Shown: piece by piece, positions 24,660 to 38,100 of the stretch
Layout of the letters: every line of letters begins with the position of its first letter
Numbering within the stretch: the stretch's first letter is position 1
Source of the DNA: Anthoceros angustus
Lineage: Eukaryota; Plantae; Anthocerotophyta
Length of the DNA: 64,000 nt
Assembly (NCBI GenBank): GCA_010909165.1
Contig: MU008158.1
Coordinates: 2,381,478 to 2,445,477, forward strand
Reading direction: 5' to 3'
Notes under the pieces: generated by a model
Databases searched by the model: none
Seen by the model: only the letters and a program-made list of their open reading frames with translations
Told to the model about the DNA's origin: nothing
Position numbers and translations under genes: made by a program

Positions 24660-27206
24660 ATGGCGGTGTTGGACGCAGTCGTTGATACGCCCATGGAGGG
24701 GGAGACCGAGACGTTTGCCTTCCAGGCCGAGATCAACCAGCTCTTGTCCCTCATCATCAACACTTTTTACAGCAACAAAGAGATCTTCCTGCGAGAGTTG
24801 ATCAGCAATGCGTCTGATGTAAGTGCCTCGGGCGCAGCGGCTTTTTGAAGTTCAGCTGCCTTACCCCGCTTTCCTGCCATGCCATGTCGGCTTCAAATGT
24901 TGGATCTGGTTCATGTCCAAGTCTAGTAGCTGCAAAGCCCTTACTTTTGTTTAACTAACTGGTTTTGCGGGAGAGTGACCTTGGTTTCTGTTGCTACCTC
25001 TCTGCAGGCTTTGGACAAGATCCGGTTTGAGAGTCTCACTGACAAGAGCAAGCTGGACTCCCAGCCGGAACTCTTCATTCACCTTATCCCCGATAAGAAC
25101 AGCAAGACTTTGACCATCGTCGACAGTGGCATTGGAATGACGAAGAACGGTATGTGCTAGCTCTATCTTCAGTGAGATTTCTCTCGTGGTCTTAACTGCC
25201 CGGGGAATCGTCGGCTTACATCGTGCCGTTGCAGACCTCGTGAATAATCTCGGAACCATCGCTCGTTCGGGAACCAAGGAGTTCATGGAAGCACTTGCTG
25301 CCGGCGCCGACGTCAGCATGATTGGACAATTTGGAGTGGGGTTCTACTCGGCTTACCTCGTTGCCGACCGGGTAGTTGTTACCACGAGGCACAACGACGA
25401 CGAGCAGTACGTCTGGGAATCACAAGCCGGTGGCTCCTTCACTGTTACCAAGGATACAAGTGGTGAACAGCTGGGGCGTGGAACGAAAATCACACTGTTC
25501 TTGAAGGAGGACCAGGTAAATGTTCACGCTGAACTCCTCGTTGTTGCCTCGTCTTTTATCGTGATCTATGTCTGGTGCAGAGGGCGCGGAGGCCAAGTAA
25601 CGGGAGTTTGATATTCCTGCTGAACACTTTGTGTGGCCACATTGTGCAGTTGGAGTACTTGGAAGAGAAGAAAGTCAAGGATCTGGTGAAAAAGCATTCC
25701 GAGTTTATCAGTTACCCCATTTCCTTGTGGACTGAGAAGACCACTGAGAAGGAAGTTTCAGACGATGAGGAGGAAGAGACTGAAGAGAAAAAGGATGAGG
25801 AGGGCAAAATAGAGGAAGTGGATGAGGATGAGAAGAAGGATAAGAAGAAGAAGAAGGTGAAAGAAGTTTCTCATGAATGGAGTCTCGTCAACAAGCAAAA
25901 GCCCATTTGGATGAGGAAGCCAGAGGAGATTTCCAAAGAGGAGTACGTGGCTTTCTACAAAAGTCTGACGAACGACTGGGACGACCACCTTGCAGTGAAG
26001 CATTTCTCTGTGGAGGGACAACTGGAGTTCAAGGCGGTGCTTTTCATTCCTAAGCGTGCACCCTTCGACCTGTTCGACACCCGCAAGAAGTTGAACAACA
26101 TTAAGCTCTATGTGCGCAGAGTCTTTATCATGGATAATTGTGAGGAGATCATCCCCGAGTATCTGGGTTTTATCAAGGGTGTGGTGGATTCTGAGGACTT
26201 GCCTCTGAACATCAGCAGGGAGATGCTGCAGCAGAACAAAATCTTGAAGGTCATCAGGAAGAATTTGGTGAAGAAGTGTCTGGAATTGTTCACAGAGATC
26301 GCTGAGAACAAGGAGGAGTATGCCACATTCTACGAAGCGTTCGCCAAGAACCTCAAGTTGGGGATTCATGAAGACAGCCAGAACCGGTCAAAGCTGGCTG
26401 ACTTCTTGAGGTATCATTCCACCAAGAGCGGTGACGAGATGACGAGCTTGAAGGACTATGTGACACGCATGAAGGAGGGGCAGACCGACATATATTATAT
26501 TACTGGGGAGAGTAAGAAGGCGGTTGAGAACTCTCCTTTCCTGGAAAGGCTCAAGAAGAAGGGGTATGAAGTCCTTTTCATGGTGGATGCTATCGATGAG
26601 TATGCCGTTGGTCAGTTGAAGGAGTACGACGGGAAGAAGCTGGTCTCTGCTACCAAGGAAGGCCTAAAGCTGGAAGAGTCTGAGGAGGAGAAAAAGGCCA
26701 AGGAGGAGAAAAAAGCCAAGTTCGAAGTCTTGTGCAAGACAGTGAAGGATATCCTTGGTGACAAGGTGGAGAAAGTTGTTGTGTCCGATCGTATTGTTGA
26801 TTCTCCATGTGTACTCGTTACTGGCGAGTATGGCTGGAGTGCAAACATGGAGAGGATCATGAAAGCTCAGGCTCTGAGGGATAGCAGCATGTCCAGCTAC
26901 ATGTCCAGCAAGAAAACTATGGAGATCAACCCTGAGAATGCAATTATGGAAGAGTTGAGGAAGCGCGCGGAGGTGGACAAGAATGACAAGTCTGTGAAAG
27001 ATTTGGTTCTGCTTCTGTTCGAGACAGCCCTTCTCACTTCAGGCTTCAGCTTGGATGATCCCAACACTTTTGGCGGGCGTATTCACCGTATGTTGAAGTT
27101 GGGGTTGAGTATTGACGACGAAGGCGTTGCAGATGCTGACGCCGACATGCCTGCTCTTGAAGACGATGCCGAGGCCGAAGGAAGTAGGATGGAGGAGGTA
27201 GATTAG
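24660..27206 (+). CDS. HSP90: Cytosolic HSP90 (paralogue B, canonical)
   Basis: All HSP90 signature motifs, MEEVD terminus, and the same three intron positions as paralogue A. Confidence 0.98.
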
Positions 27207-27494
27207 ATAGGTGTCTTGCTAAGTAGCGCAAGCAAATTTTTATCTCGGTGGGTGAGGATGGGATATTGAGGCATGGGCGTGGGAGTAGGAAAGTCTTCCC
27301 TAGGTCTGTCACGGGCGTTTTTAGTCTTGTGCCCGTCTGCAAGCTGGTTGTAATTGTTTGGTTCTGTTGAACATTGATCACAATTACTAGATCATGTGGA
27401 ACGTGCTCCTGAACTTTTCTGATTTTTAAGCTGGCTATCCAGCTTTGTTCACCACTTCACGGACTGGGAAGTATCCCGAGTACTGTTACCGAAG

Positions 27495-27696
27495 TCGGCC
27501 TTCCCCTCTCAATCCGACGTTGGTGGCTTGCTTCTGACCTACTCGTCAGACGTAGAAAAGTATCTCATCCTCCAGACGAAACTTGCATCAGTCATCGGCC
27601 TTCCCCTCTCAATCCGACGTTGGTAGCTTGCTTCCGACCTACTCGTCAGACGTAGAAAAGTATCTCATCCTCCAGACGAAACTTGCATCAGTCATC
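27495..27696. repeat. 100-bp direct tandem duplication
   Basis: Two copies of tcggccttcccctctcaatccgacg...cttgcatcagtca differing by two transitions. Confidence 0.92.
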
Positions 27697-28174
27697 AGCA
27701 GTACGTGAAAATATGGACAGCTGCACCCACGCACCTACACCGACTTCTAAGGCGGGACGTGGAAGGTGCAGAAGGCACATGCATCAATATCAACCGTGAA
27801 ACAATGTGAACAACCCTTGAAAACGAACTGAAAAGTCTGAACTGTCGTTGATCTAGACCGGTTAGTTGCAGCCCGGTTTCTTTCACCCAGTGTCCCCAAT
27901 CACAGCTCGACGGTTTCTCTTTAGAGAAGAAAACAGCTACGTAATGTTTGTTTCAGAACACAGTGCAGATTCATCAGTGCTAATTCAGATTCACATGCAG
28001 GCAGTCCATGGAGTGGCAACCACTGATAATTGGATACCTCCCGCAAATCACGCGTCTTGGTGCCCCGACTTCATTGCGAGAAGCGACACTTCAGAAAGCA
28101 CGCCGTAAGTTACAGATTGAGGAACGTTAGCTGACACTACTGCAACAATGTGGACGTAGAGTCTCACAAGTAAA

Positions 28175-29427
28175 CTACTCCTTTCCATTTTCAAAGTAAC
28201 AAGAAAGTGGAAGAGGCCCTTGCGCCTCGCCGTCCGATTGGCTTTCACTACTGGGACTGCGAGATTCCTTCCTCCTAGTCTTCTGCTTTTTTTCCCTTCT
28301 GTCTCTCCTGGACTTCCTTCTCTCCTTGCGGGACGTATCTTCGGAACTCGAGGAGTCCACATCTGATTCGGAATCACTTTTTGATCTATGCCTTTTGCTC
28401 GATTTCTGATAGAAAGTGGGCAACTTAGTCTTCTACCGATATACTAAACTCTACCCATCCATAACCTCCATGCAGCTTCATGAACTCTACTGCCTAGTGC
28501 CTGTAAACAAGCTTGCAAGAATTGGGACAAACACAAAAAAGCATGGGACTAACCTTCTTCTTCTTGCCTAGCCGACTTTTCTCCCTCTCCTTCTCCCTAT
28601 CTTTATCTTTCTCTCTCTCCTTCTCCCTATCCTTTTTGCCCAAACCTTCACAAAAACATCTTAGTATACTGCCAAGCTGACAATAGCCAACAACCTAGAC
28701 AACAGAGACTACCATACAGATGCACAATGTACACCACAAGTACCTTTCCTTGGCTTTTCACGCTTGTCCGCGTGATTTTTGCCTCGAGCAAGTTTGCTTG
28801 CTCGTTCAGCATCAAGTTGGGCCCTGTACTCCCTCATCAGACGAGCTTCATCATCTTCTAGTTCCCCTTGCTTCTTTGCCTCCTCCTATAACCAGGTGAT
28901 GAAATTTAGTACACATGAACAAAAACAGGACTCAAATCTAACATAACTTCAGATAGTTCCCGAAGGATCCAGTCACCTTCTGTTTCTGCTTCCACTCTTC
29001 CCAAGTGACAGTATGTGACGTTTGCAGGCTAGCAAGACGAGCAGCATGCCACTCTGGTGAATGAAAAGATCCGTCCATCTGCGACTGCCTTTGTCAGTAT
29101 CAATCCGTGCCATGAGCCCCACCCTTTCCCATTCACACTCAGAATCAACTCATTTATTTTTCAAAGGCTAGTCTAGAGGATTCCATAATCCAAAAAGCTT
29201 TAGTTCCACAACAAACTCAACTCACTATGATCCACAAGGCAGCTATTTAACTGAATGCGTGCACACCCCAAGAACCTCAAAGCCATACGGTGCTCAAACT
29301 CAAAATTTTCACAAGATGTAGGAAGGGTACACACCATGCCGTCATCAATGTCATCTGGACCGCCTGCTGCGGTGTGGGATGCCATTTTGGCCCGCTGCAT
29401 GGACTTGTAGGCCTGATTCTTCCCCAT
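28175..29427 (-). CDS. Conserved plant Lys/Ser/Arg-rich small nuclear protein (FAM133-like)
   Basis: Spliced MGKNQAYKSMQRAKM..DDGM|MDGSFHSPEWHAARLASLQTSHTVTWEEWKQKQK|..MREYRAQLDAERA..; C-terminal K/S-rich tract ending GPLPLSCYF. Matches a conserved plant family as I recall it. Confidence 0.8.
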
Positions 29428-30632
29428 CCTGACTTCAATCAAGGGTACAAGCGGATCAAGCTTGGGAGCCAGAACGCCGAAACGCAATATCATAAACAGC
29501 TTCCTGCTCCGTCACAGTACTCCATGGCCGGAAATCCACTCGCAAGTTAATTTCAGCCAAAATCCGCTCTTATCTGTCCTCGTCCACAAGCCATCAGCAG
29601 GGCAGAAGCGCTGTTCCAGGCTAAATCTGCGCTGTTCCAGACTAAATCTATGTTACCACCTGGTGGAAGCCTCTACCGCGATGACTACTCCCATGAAACG
29701 GCCACCTTTCGAAGCTCCACCGCATTTCCAGCACCTTCCAACCTTGATCCAAGTAGACAGCACCTGCCGGCGCACTTGCCCGCCGGGAGTGCCTGTCTCG
29801 CAACAAAATCCAACCCTAGAGCACACTACGCATGCAAAAGAATGACCTGCACGACCCGCCCTCGCATCCAAGCGAGCTCAACTCCAAACCACTGTTCGTC
29901 AACCTCGCAGACCACCGGCTCTTGCTTTGTGACACTCTGCTTCGTTTCGTGGGCAGGATGGCGCCGGATCCCGCAGGATACAGCCCTGCCGGGGCCCTTG
30001 AATGCAACTCCGCAAAATGGTTCGGCCGAGCTGGAATGCGCCAGCAGCAGGACCGCACGGGCATGAGAGCTTGATCCGACGAGAGGGACACCAGATGGTC
30101 ACGATCAGCAAGTGAGGTATGGAATGGCAGGCAGCATACCACGATTTGGCGGCAAGTGATGATCCCGCCAGGATGAGTGCGACCCGGGCTGCCTTGCCTC
30201 ACCACGGCAAGCCAGACCAACCACCCGAAATGTGAGGAACGTCAAAGAAACGTCTTAAACCTTATCTTAGAAACGCCCATTCTAGCAACACCGTGCTCAT
30301 GAAAGCTGGTTTCCCTGGTCCTGGTTGCGATACACGCCCGGGCAGTAGTTATGCTTGTTGTGCCACTCCCCTAATTTCTTCCTCCTATTCCTCCTCTGTA
30401 GCACGCTGCTCCATTAATCCCTTTCTCTTCTTCTTGTTGCAACAAACAAAACACTTGGACGCCCGAGCTTCTCATGTCCTTTGGATGACCAACCCCTACA
30501 CGGAAATTCTCAACCCAAACAGTTATACACCTATATACATACATAGCATCCAAAGGCTCATCCTTTGTCACGTATGGCACACAAACTTAGGTATTGGAAT
30601 CTTGGACTTTGAGGACGAATAGTGAAGCCGTC

Positions 30633-30780
30633 TATAAGAGTTTCTATATGGTTTCATCCATTTTCTCTTAATCGTTTTTATATTTGGTGTCTTTAAATTT
30701 TTTTATAAGAGTTTCTATATTGTTTCATCCCTTCTCTCCTAATCGTTTTTATATTTGGTATCTTTAAATTTTTCTATAAA
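30633..30780. repeat. ~71-bp AT-rich tandem duplication
   Basis: tataagagtttctatat.gtttcatcc...atatttggt.tctttaaatttt twice. Confidence 0.85.
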
Positions 30781-31397
30781 GTATATTAGGATCCAACAAG
30801 TGACATAAAGAGCGCTTGAGATATAGAAGGATTCATGACCTTGATATTTATATCGATGTTTGTAACTTCAAGTTTATAGAAGTCGGTTCTCCCTGATTCA
30901 GAACTTTATAAATGGGATCCCTATAGTATCGGTACCTAGGGAGTCGGCTCTTCTTAATTCATGGATAGGTCTTAATTCATAGTTAGGATCTCGCCTCCTT
31001 CAAAGTTTAAGAGAATAAAAAATGATAATATAAATTATATTAATAAATCAAAACTAGGTTGAATTATTAGGTTAAACTATTCAACATAATTTCACTTTCT
31101 TAATTGGGAATAGGTACCTATTTACGTTTAAAGAAGAAGAAGTTTATCATAGTCCACTTGGATGAACATTTCCAATTGGATGAGACTTAGTGCTTGACAA
31201 CATTTATTAGCCACATTCTTATAAATGTATGACCTCTGAACTACATACATTTAGAGAATTTGAAGACTTTATGTAGATATTTCAAAGTATACATGGAAGT
31301 CGGAGATTAATATAAAGTAACCCCGTAGCAAATGGCAGGCCCGCACATTGCGAAGATGAGGGCATGATTTATAACAGGGGGCCCTACAGGGCCATGG

Positions 31398-31460
31398 AGT
31401 TGGGCAATGGATAACACCCCATCCGAGTAGTTGGGCAATGGATAACACCCCATTCGAGTA
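31398..31460. repeat. 31-bp tandem duplication
   Basis: agttgggcaatggataacaccccat(c/t)cgagt twice. Confidence 0.85.
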
Positions 31461-32129
31461 CCGATCCGTCCCAAGGATCGAAAGAATTGATATCGCTGCT
31501 CAAATGAACCCAAGTCTGGATGTTACTCCTCGAAAGGAGTGTCACTCCTCGATGGGAGGACACATATATAGAGTAGGTGGCCCGATTCCGGATAGACCTA
31601 AATTCACAATTGGCCCAGGAAGCAGGGTAATCGGACATTAGAAACGTTTCATTGTTTCCAAAAGTTTCTAAGTCTTTTTGAGCTTTGTATATGTACAAAA
31701 CATACATATCCAAATCTCGAGATCCTCATCATTATGATATGCTGTTTCAAATATCGATTTCCGCTCTGACTGAGAGCACTACCATATGCCGACTATAAAT
31801 GTTTTAGTCCAAAGCTTGTTTTACATGGACTGTCTACTTGAAGTACTACCTACCCAGTCCAAGTGGACTAAAAGATATTCCTCCTCTTCTTCTTCTACAC
31901 TACCTGCCTACTTTGCACATGCTAATGAAGCTTCACGGGGCTCGTTCCGCAGCAGTTGGTCGATTTTGAACTCCGTGCGCGGCGCAAGCCGGTCTACCGG
32001 TAGCCGGTGAAGGAGAAGCCGGTATCCTCGGGAGGACTGAGAAAGGGCGGGCTCGGCTCCTGCGAGCTTAGGATTACGGCGGCTAAGCTTTCACAGGGCC
32101 AGGACGGTTGGCCTTGCACGGTAGGCGAG

Positions 32130-35100
32130 ATGAGGAAGAAGGTGGATGAGCGGATACGGACGCTGGTGGAAAATGGAGTCAAAACTCGGCAGCGCTCCCT
32201 TTTTGTTGTGGTCGGAGACAAGGGCCGATATCAGGTCTGTCGCATTCTCTGCTTGTGTTGTTCATGTTTTATTGGTTTTCTGACGTTCAACAGTAGCCGC
32301 AGGTTGTGGGTTTTAATTCTGTGTAATTCTGTTTACAGTCCTGGGAAAGGTGATATCTTGTGTGGTGGGTTTATTGGTTTCTGATCCTTGATGTCCTTGC
32401 AGGTCGTGAATTTGCACTACATGCTATCGAAAGCTGTAGTGAAGGCCCGACCGTCGGTGTTATGGTGTTACAAGAAGGAACTTTTTCTGAGCAGGTTTGT
32501 GTTTATGTTCTATCACCTCTTGGAGCTGTTCCATTCATCTGCCTGCTTTTCTAGTCAAAACTAGGACTTGCTCTTATGTCCCTTGCTGGCGAATTTCAGT
32601 CACAAGAAGAAAAGAATGAAGCAGGTGAAAAAGATGATGAAGACAGGGCAATTGGTCGATGCAGAGAACGAAGATCCCTTTGCCCTTTTCATGGCAAGCT
32701 CAAGCATCCGCTACTGCTATTATGCTGATACCCACAAAATACTTGGCCAAACGTTCGGCATGTGTGTTCTGCAGGTCAGAGTGTGGAGTCTGATAGTTGT
32801 CTCTTTGTCTTCGCCCCATGTTTCTTCCTGTTGCAGCATTGTCTATTCTGGAAATGCAATCGCTGAGTGCGAGTCGTTTTTGCAGCTCAGGACTTTGAGG
32901 CTTTGACACCAAACATTCTTGCCCGCACCATTGAAACGGTAGAAGGTGGTGGGATCATCTTACTCCTGCTCAGCTCTCTGTCTTCCCTGACCAGCCTGCA
33001 CACGATGGTCATGGTCAGTATTACTCCTTAGCTCTAGCTCTGAATTGTTTGAAGCAGCCACTCATCTCACTTGCTCACCTTTGCACTCATTTCCAGGATG
33101 TACATGAAAGGTTCCGCACTGAGGCACATGGAGATGTAACTGGTCGGTTCAATGAACGTTTCACTCTGTCACTGGCCTCTTGCCAGACTTGTATTGTTAT
33201 GGACGACGAGCTCAACATTTTGCCTATCTCCTCCTATATGCGTTCTATTGAACCTCTTCCTACTGTAGAGGTATTTCTTTTCAATAAGGTGGTGGTAATA
33301 ATTGTGCGTTGTAGTTTGTGCCTCCCTCTAATACTTGAGGCCTCAAATTGCAGGGAGAGGAAGGTCTTACAGAGGCAGAGAAGGATCTGAAGGACCTTAA
33401 AGAGTCGTTGAGGGACACACAGCCGTTAGGTCCTCTGGTCAGCAAATGCCGGACAAGGGATCAGGTAGAAGTGTTCAGTCCTTGCTCTGTACGTCTAGCT
33501 GCTCGTGATTTCAGTAGGTTCCCTGATCAGTCTCACTTAACAGCAAGCCTCTGTAAACTCAGAGGTAAGTATATGTGACTAGACTCACCACAGGTGCCTA
33601 ACTGTTTGTGACAGGCCACCGCAGTGATCACATTTCTTGATGCAGTCTCGGAGAAGACTTTGAGAAGTACGGTTGCATTAACTGCTGCAAGAGGACGTGG
33701 CAAGTCTGCTGCACTAGGAGTTGCTGTGGCTGGGGCAGTTGCTCTCGGGTTTGGCTCTATACTAGCTTACTTGGTCGTAGCTTGTGGGGAATGACATTCA
33801 GGTTCTGTGTCTTATCATGTTTTTATGGCACAGCTACTCGAATATTTTTGTCACAGCTCCTAGTCCAGAGAATTTGAAGACACTCTTTGAGTTTGTCTTC
33901 AAGAGCTTTGATGCCCTTGAGTATAAGGTAAGACAACATGGGACGTTTAAACCTCCCAAGTCAGTAATTCTGGTGGTGGTTACTGCAGAGGATCAGAAGG
34001 ATTTCTCGCTCTCCATGTGGCTTTTAACACTCCTCCTCCCTTGGAATCTACAGGAGCATATTGATTATGATCTGGTGGAAAGTACAAATCCTGCGTTCAA
34101 CAAGGCCATTGTCAGGGTTAATGTTTTTCGTCAACACCGCCAGACAATCCAAGTACGTGCTAGAGATGACTGTTCCCAGGTTCATTCAGGGATATATTCA
34201 CTACTTTGCTTTCAGCTGAGATGGCCTGAGGCATTGAACTTATGTAAATTGGTCTCTGCAGTACATTCAGCCACAGGATCATGCAAAGTTATCTCAAGCA
34301 GAGTTGTTAGTAATAGATGAAGCCGCAGCTATCCCTTTACCAATGGTAAAGGCCTTGCTAGGACCATATCTGGTGTTCCTATGCTCCACGGTCAATGGGT
34401 ATTGCCAGTTTTCCTTTTTCTGATTAGTTTTCACTATGTGTCATTTCTTAGAGATCAAATTTGGCTGCTGCACGGCTGGGAATGTTTTAACTCAAGCACT
34501 TTCCAGGCGAAGTTGGTCTTGCAGAGTGCTGGCCATTATTTGGAGTGCGGATCCAGAACTGCTAACTTGAGCTCATTGCAGATATGAAGGAACTGGTCGG
34601 TCGCTGTCTTTGAAGCTCATTCAGCAACTTCGGGAACAGGGTCAGACACTTGCTGTTGATGGTGGGGCTGTGTCAGGTCCGTTCTGAACCTCACCAAAAC
34701 ATATCCAGAATGGTCATGTCAGTCATTCCTTTGAAACCATCGTTTTGTCATGTTGCTTGCAGGAAGGGTTTTCAAGGAGGTGCAGTTAGCTGAGCCTATC
34801 AGATATGCAGCCGGCGATCCAGTGGAAGCATGGTTGCATGAACTCCTTTGTTTGGATGCCTCCAATCACATTGCTAATGTTGAGGGCAGGTGGGACTTGC
34901 TGCTTCTCTTGCTGCCTTGTGTTGGGAGAGGCGACTTGCAAGGCTTACACAGAAATCACAGTGACTGGTGGGCAGTTTCTAAGCATGAGTAACCTCTAAC
35001 AAGTGGAATAGTCTTGGACGTGCCCTCCAGATTGCCTCACCCAAGCGAATGTCAACTGTATTATGTGAACCGTGATGCTCTTTTTTCGTATCACAAGACT

Positions 35101-38100
35101 AGTGAGGTTTTCCTCCAGGTGTGTTGACTACTTGATTTGGTTCCTAAAAGTCTGGGCTACTAGTAACAAGGTGGTTCTCGTGGATTGACCTCTTGGTCTT
35201 TCTTTTGTTTTTGTGATAGCGAATGGTGGCACTCTATGTCGCATCGCACTACAAGAATACGCCGAATGACTTGCAGTTGATGGCAGATGCCCCTGCACAC
35301 CATCTTTTTGTCCTTGTGGGTTAGTGTTCATTCAAATTATTGGATGATGCCATGTATGCATGTCTACGTATTTCAACCTTGGTCATATTATCAACAGCCA
35401 TTGCTTGTTTGCTTGTAGGTCACATGGTCTTAAAATGTTGCTTTATGTAAGTGATGAGATTCTGGTTGGCTTTTTGGTTGCAAGATACTGTGTCTGTTAT
35501 TTCACGATGACTGCACCCAATAGATGTGTTCCTGACAGTCAGCAACCAAGATTGTCAAAGTGGTGCAGCGTGTTTGATCTCTGCTGTTCTGCTGCTCTTG
35601 CAGGACGGTTTTGATGAGCTATCTCAAGGTGGGCAAGCTCCTACAACCGGCGTCGCAGTTAGACACGCACGCCTGCTCCTGAAAAGAAAGGATACAAGAG
35701 GAAAGAAATGGAGAAGTGTTTCCAAGAAATCAGAAGACTCAGAAAGTCCGACTCGAGCGAGTCTCACCGATCAGGGTAGGTGAGGTGGAATTGTACAGGA
35801 CAGTTCGACAGTTGGAGCCGGAAGATCAGGCCTTGTCTTGTCAGGTAGCGGCAGTCCGACAACATATCTACGCACGTGCATGGCGCATCCGAAGCTGAAC
35901 TTTTGATCTGTTTCTGTGCTCCAGGTCAGCATCTTTCACTCCCATCTTTCTTGACTGCTCCCAGCACTTGCACCACTTTGATTTTCTCAGTTGGTCGACG
36001 ATGCAGATTTTGCAGTTTTTTCAATATTGTCCTTTAGAACATTTAGAATATAAAATGAAGGAGGTTAGAAGAAAGTTGATGATTATCATGTGCATGCCCA
36101 TCGTCCACAAGATTTCCTTTCACATCCTCGGGTAAGCCAAGGTCATCAAATGTTGTCCACCTTAAACAGCTCCCAGACTTTGATTCCACATCTCTCCAAG
36201 CAGAGTATGTTGAGGTGTCCTTCTGATTGACAACTTGATGCCAGTCTTGCAGCAGTGGCTGGATTTGTTGATCCCATGTCAGGCTGGGGCAGCTTGACAC
36301 TGCCAAAACTCCTCTGGACAGAGAAGGAATGAAGCAAGTGTGCCGAGCAGATGCTTCCTCCAGATCCACCCCTGACTGTCGTTAACATCCCTGTCACAGT
36401 AAAACATTATCTGGTAATGGCAGGAACTGATCGTAGATCCGCTGCCATCCAACCCATCCCAGCAAGAAAAGACAAGGATCGCGCATCAGTGATGAACAGC
36501 GGGAGCAAAAAGATCCAGTCTCACAAATGGACTTTGCCCGCAACCCACCAGATTGAATTTTCAGCCAGGCGCAGTGAGAACTATGTCCCCAGGAACAGGC
36601 TCATAGGCAGACATCCGGATCTGCAGCCACAGACCCAGGACAAGGCAGCTGAGAATGCAAAGAGTGAAGGCAGACCCTGTAGTGGCTTGCAAGCAAACAG
36701 CCTGACAGTGGGCACAAAACTGAGACCTACAGCTGCACCAGGGAGGCAGCTGACACTGGGGTCCAAGGGCAGACAATAAGGATGCACAGTTGACTGCCAC
36801 AGTTACAGTTGCGCCGCAAGGCACTGACTGAGGACTGTGTTACAGATTCTGCAAGCTTTTCATTCAACAAGACTTGAAGGGCAACAAGATATTAATGATT
36901 CTGCTAGTCGATTCATGAGCCATCTTCTAAGAGCCCTTCGTCTTGCTCAGGGCAAAGTGGCCGCCCTACTAACCCCATATTCGAGACTACGCCCCTAATC
37001 TTGATTCCAGTTCAGATAGAGACTCAAAGCTACAAGGGTTCCAACGTCCTTCGTCACCTCAACAATCCACCTCACCGACACTGCATTTTCCAAATTCACT
37101 GCAACCACAATATCTGCTTCCTGAAAACGTCTTCATGACCAGAACCAAGCCCTCCATCGTCGAGCACCACCATGTGAAATCCACTGTCCACCCATGCCAA
37201 CTTGCGAGCCATGTGGTCCATGACTTCCTTCCAGGGCACATCCTCCCACGGGCTAAGGCTACCACAACCGACAACTGCAGCCACAGGATGCCACTGCCTT
37301 CATCCTCCCACACACAATTAGAAGTGAAAGGCCGGGATGGAGGCTCAACCTGCAACCTGGCTTCATCTGTGAAGCCGTCCCGTTGACCCCACGCTGGCCA
37401 ATGCGGGGCAGGTAAGCCTCTGGACAGGGTGGGGACCCGGTGGTCGTGAGTCCAGAAATGCGAATCAAACGGACGATGCCACGCTCTAACCGGCCAGCAT
37501 GGGACGTAACTGGAGGATGCAGCAAAGCGGCTTCCTGCTCGCCATCTGGTTAAGTCACCATGCGCATTCGCCGAGAGAAGATTAGAAGCAGCTGCCACAC
37601 AGCTTGTCGCCATTCTCCGTTCTGACTGATCGTCAACCGCTCTCAAAACTCAGCTAGCCATCAAAGTGCAAGTGCAGTCATGCAGCCTTGCAAGACACTC
37701 TCGTGCAGGAATCGAAGCTGCAAGGCTTGCGGCTATCCTCGTCACGCTTGCGCTTACAGAGCACCTGTGTTGTCCATCTTTACAGTGAGGACTGAGAGCT
37801 TTGTGAAACGTGACCTCACAGTGAGCTCAACAGACAGCCAAGGAGGAGGCAAAAAAGCTTTGAGACTTAAGTCTTAGAACAGCACGTCCTGCAAATCACA
37901 GCTACTTAGAAGGAGCCTCACAGGGCACCTCGACCTTCCCACGGTACGTCGAGTCCATCCCTTTGTCCATGGCTTTTGCCCTTCTTTCTCCAGTCGAGCC
38001 CATAAAAATGAAAAGGATAATCAACTATAAGAATTTAAAGCTCAAATTATTACTAGGTATTCATAATCTTTCATAATACATATAATAAAGTTGAAATATC

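Noticed and set aside
27640-27700. Box C/D snoRNA on the minus strand (TGATGA...CTGA)
   Set aside because: Box C is intact in only one copy, there is no terminal stem, and I recognised no rRNA-complementary guide.
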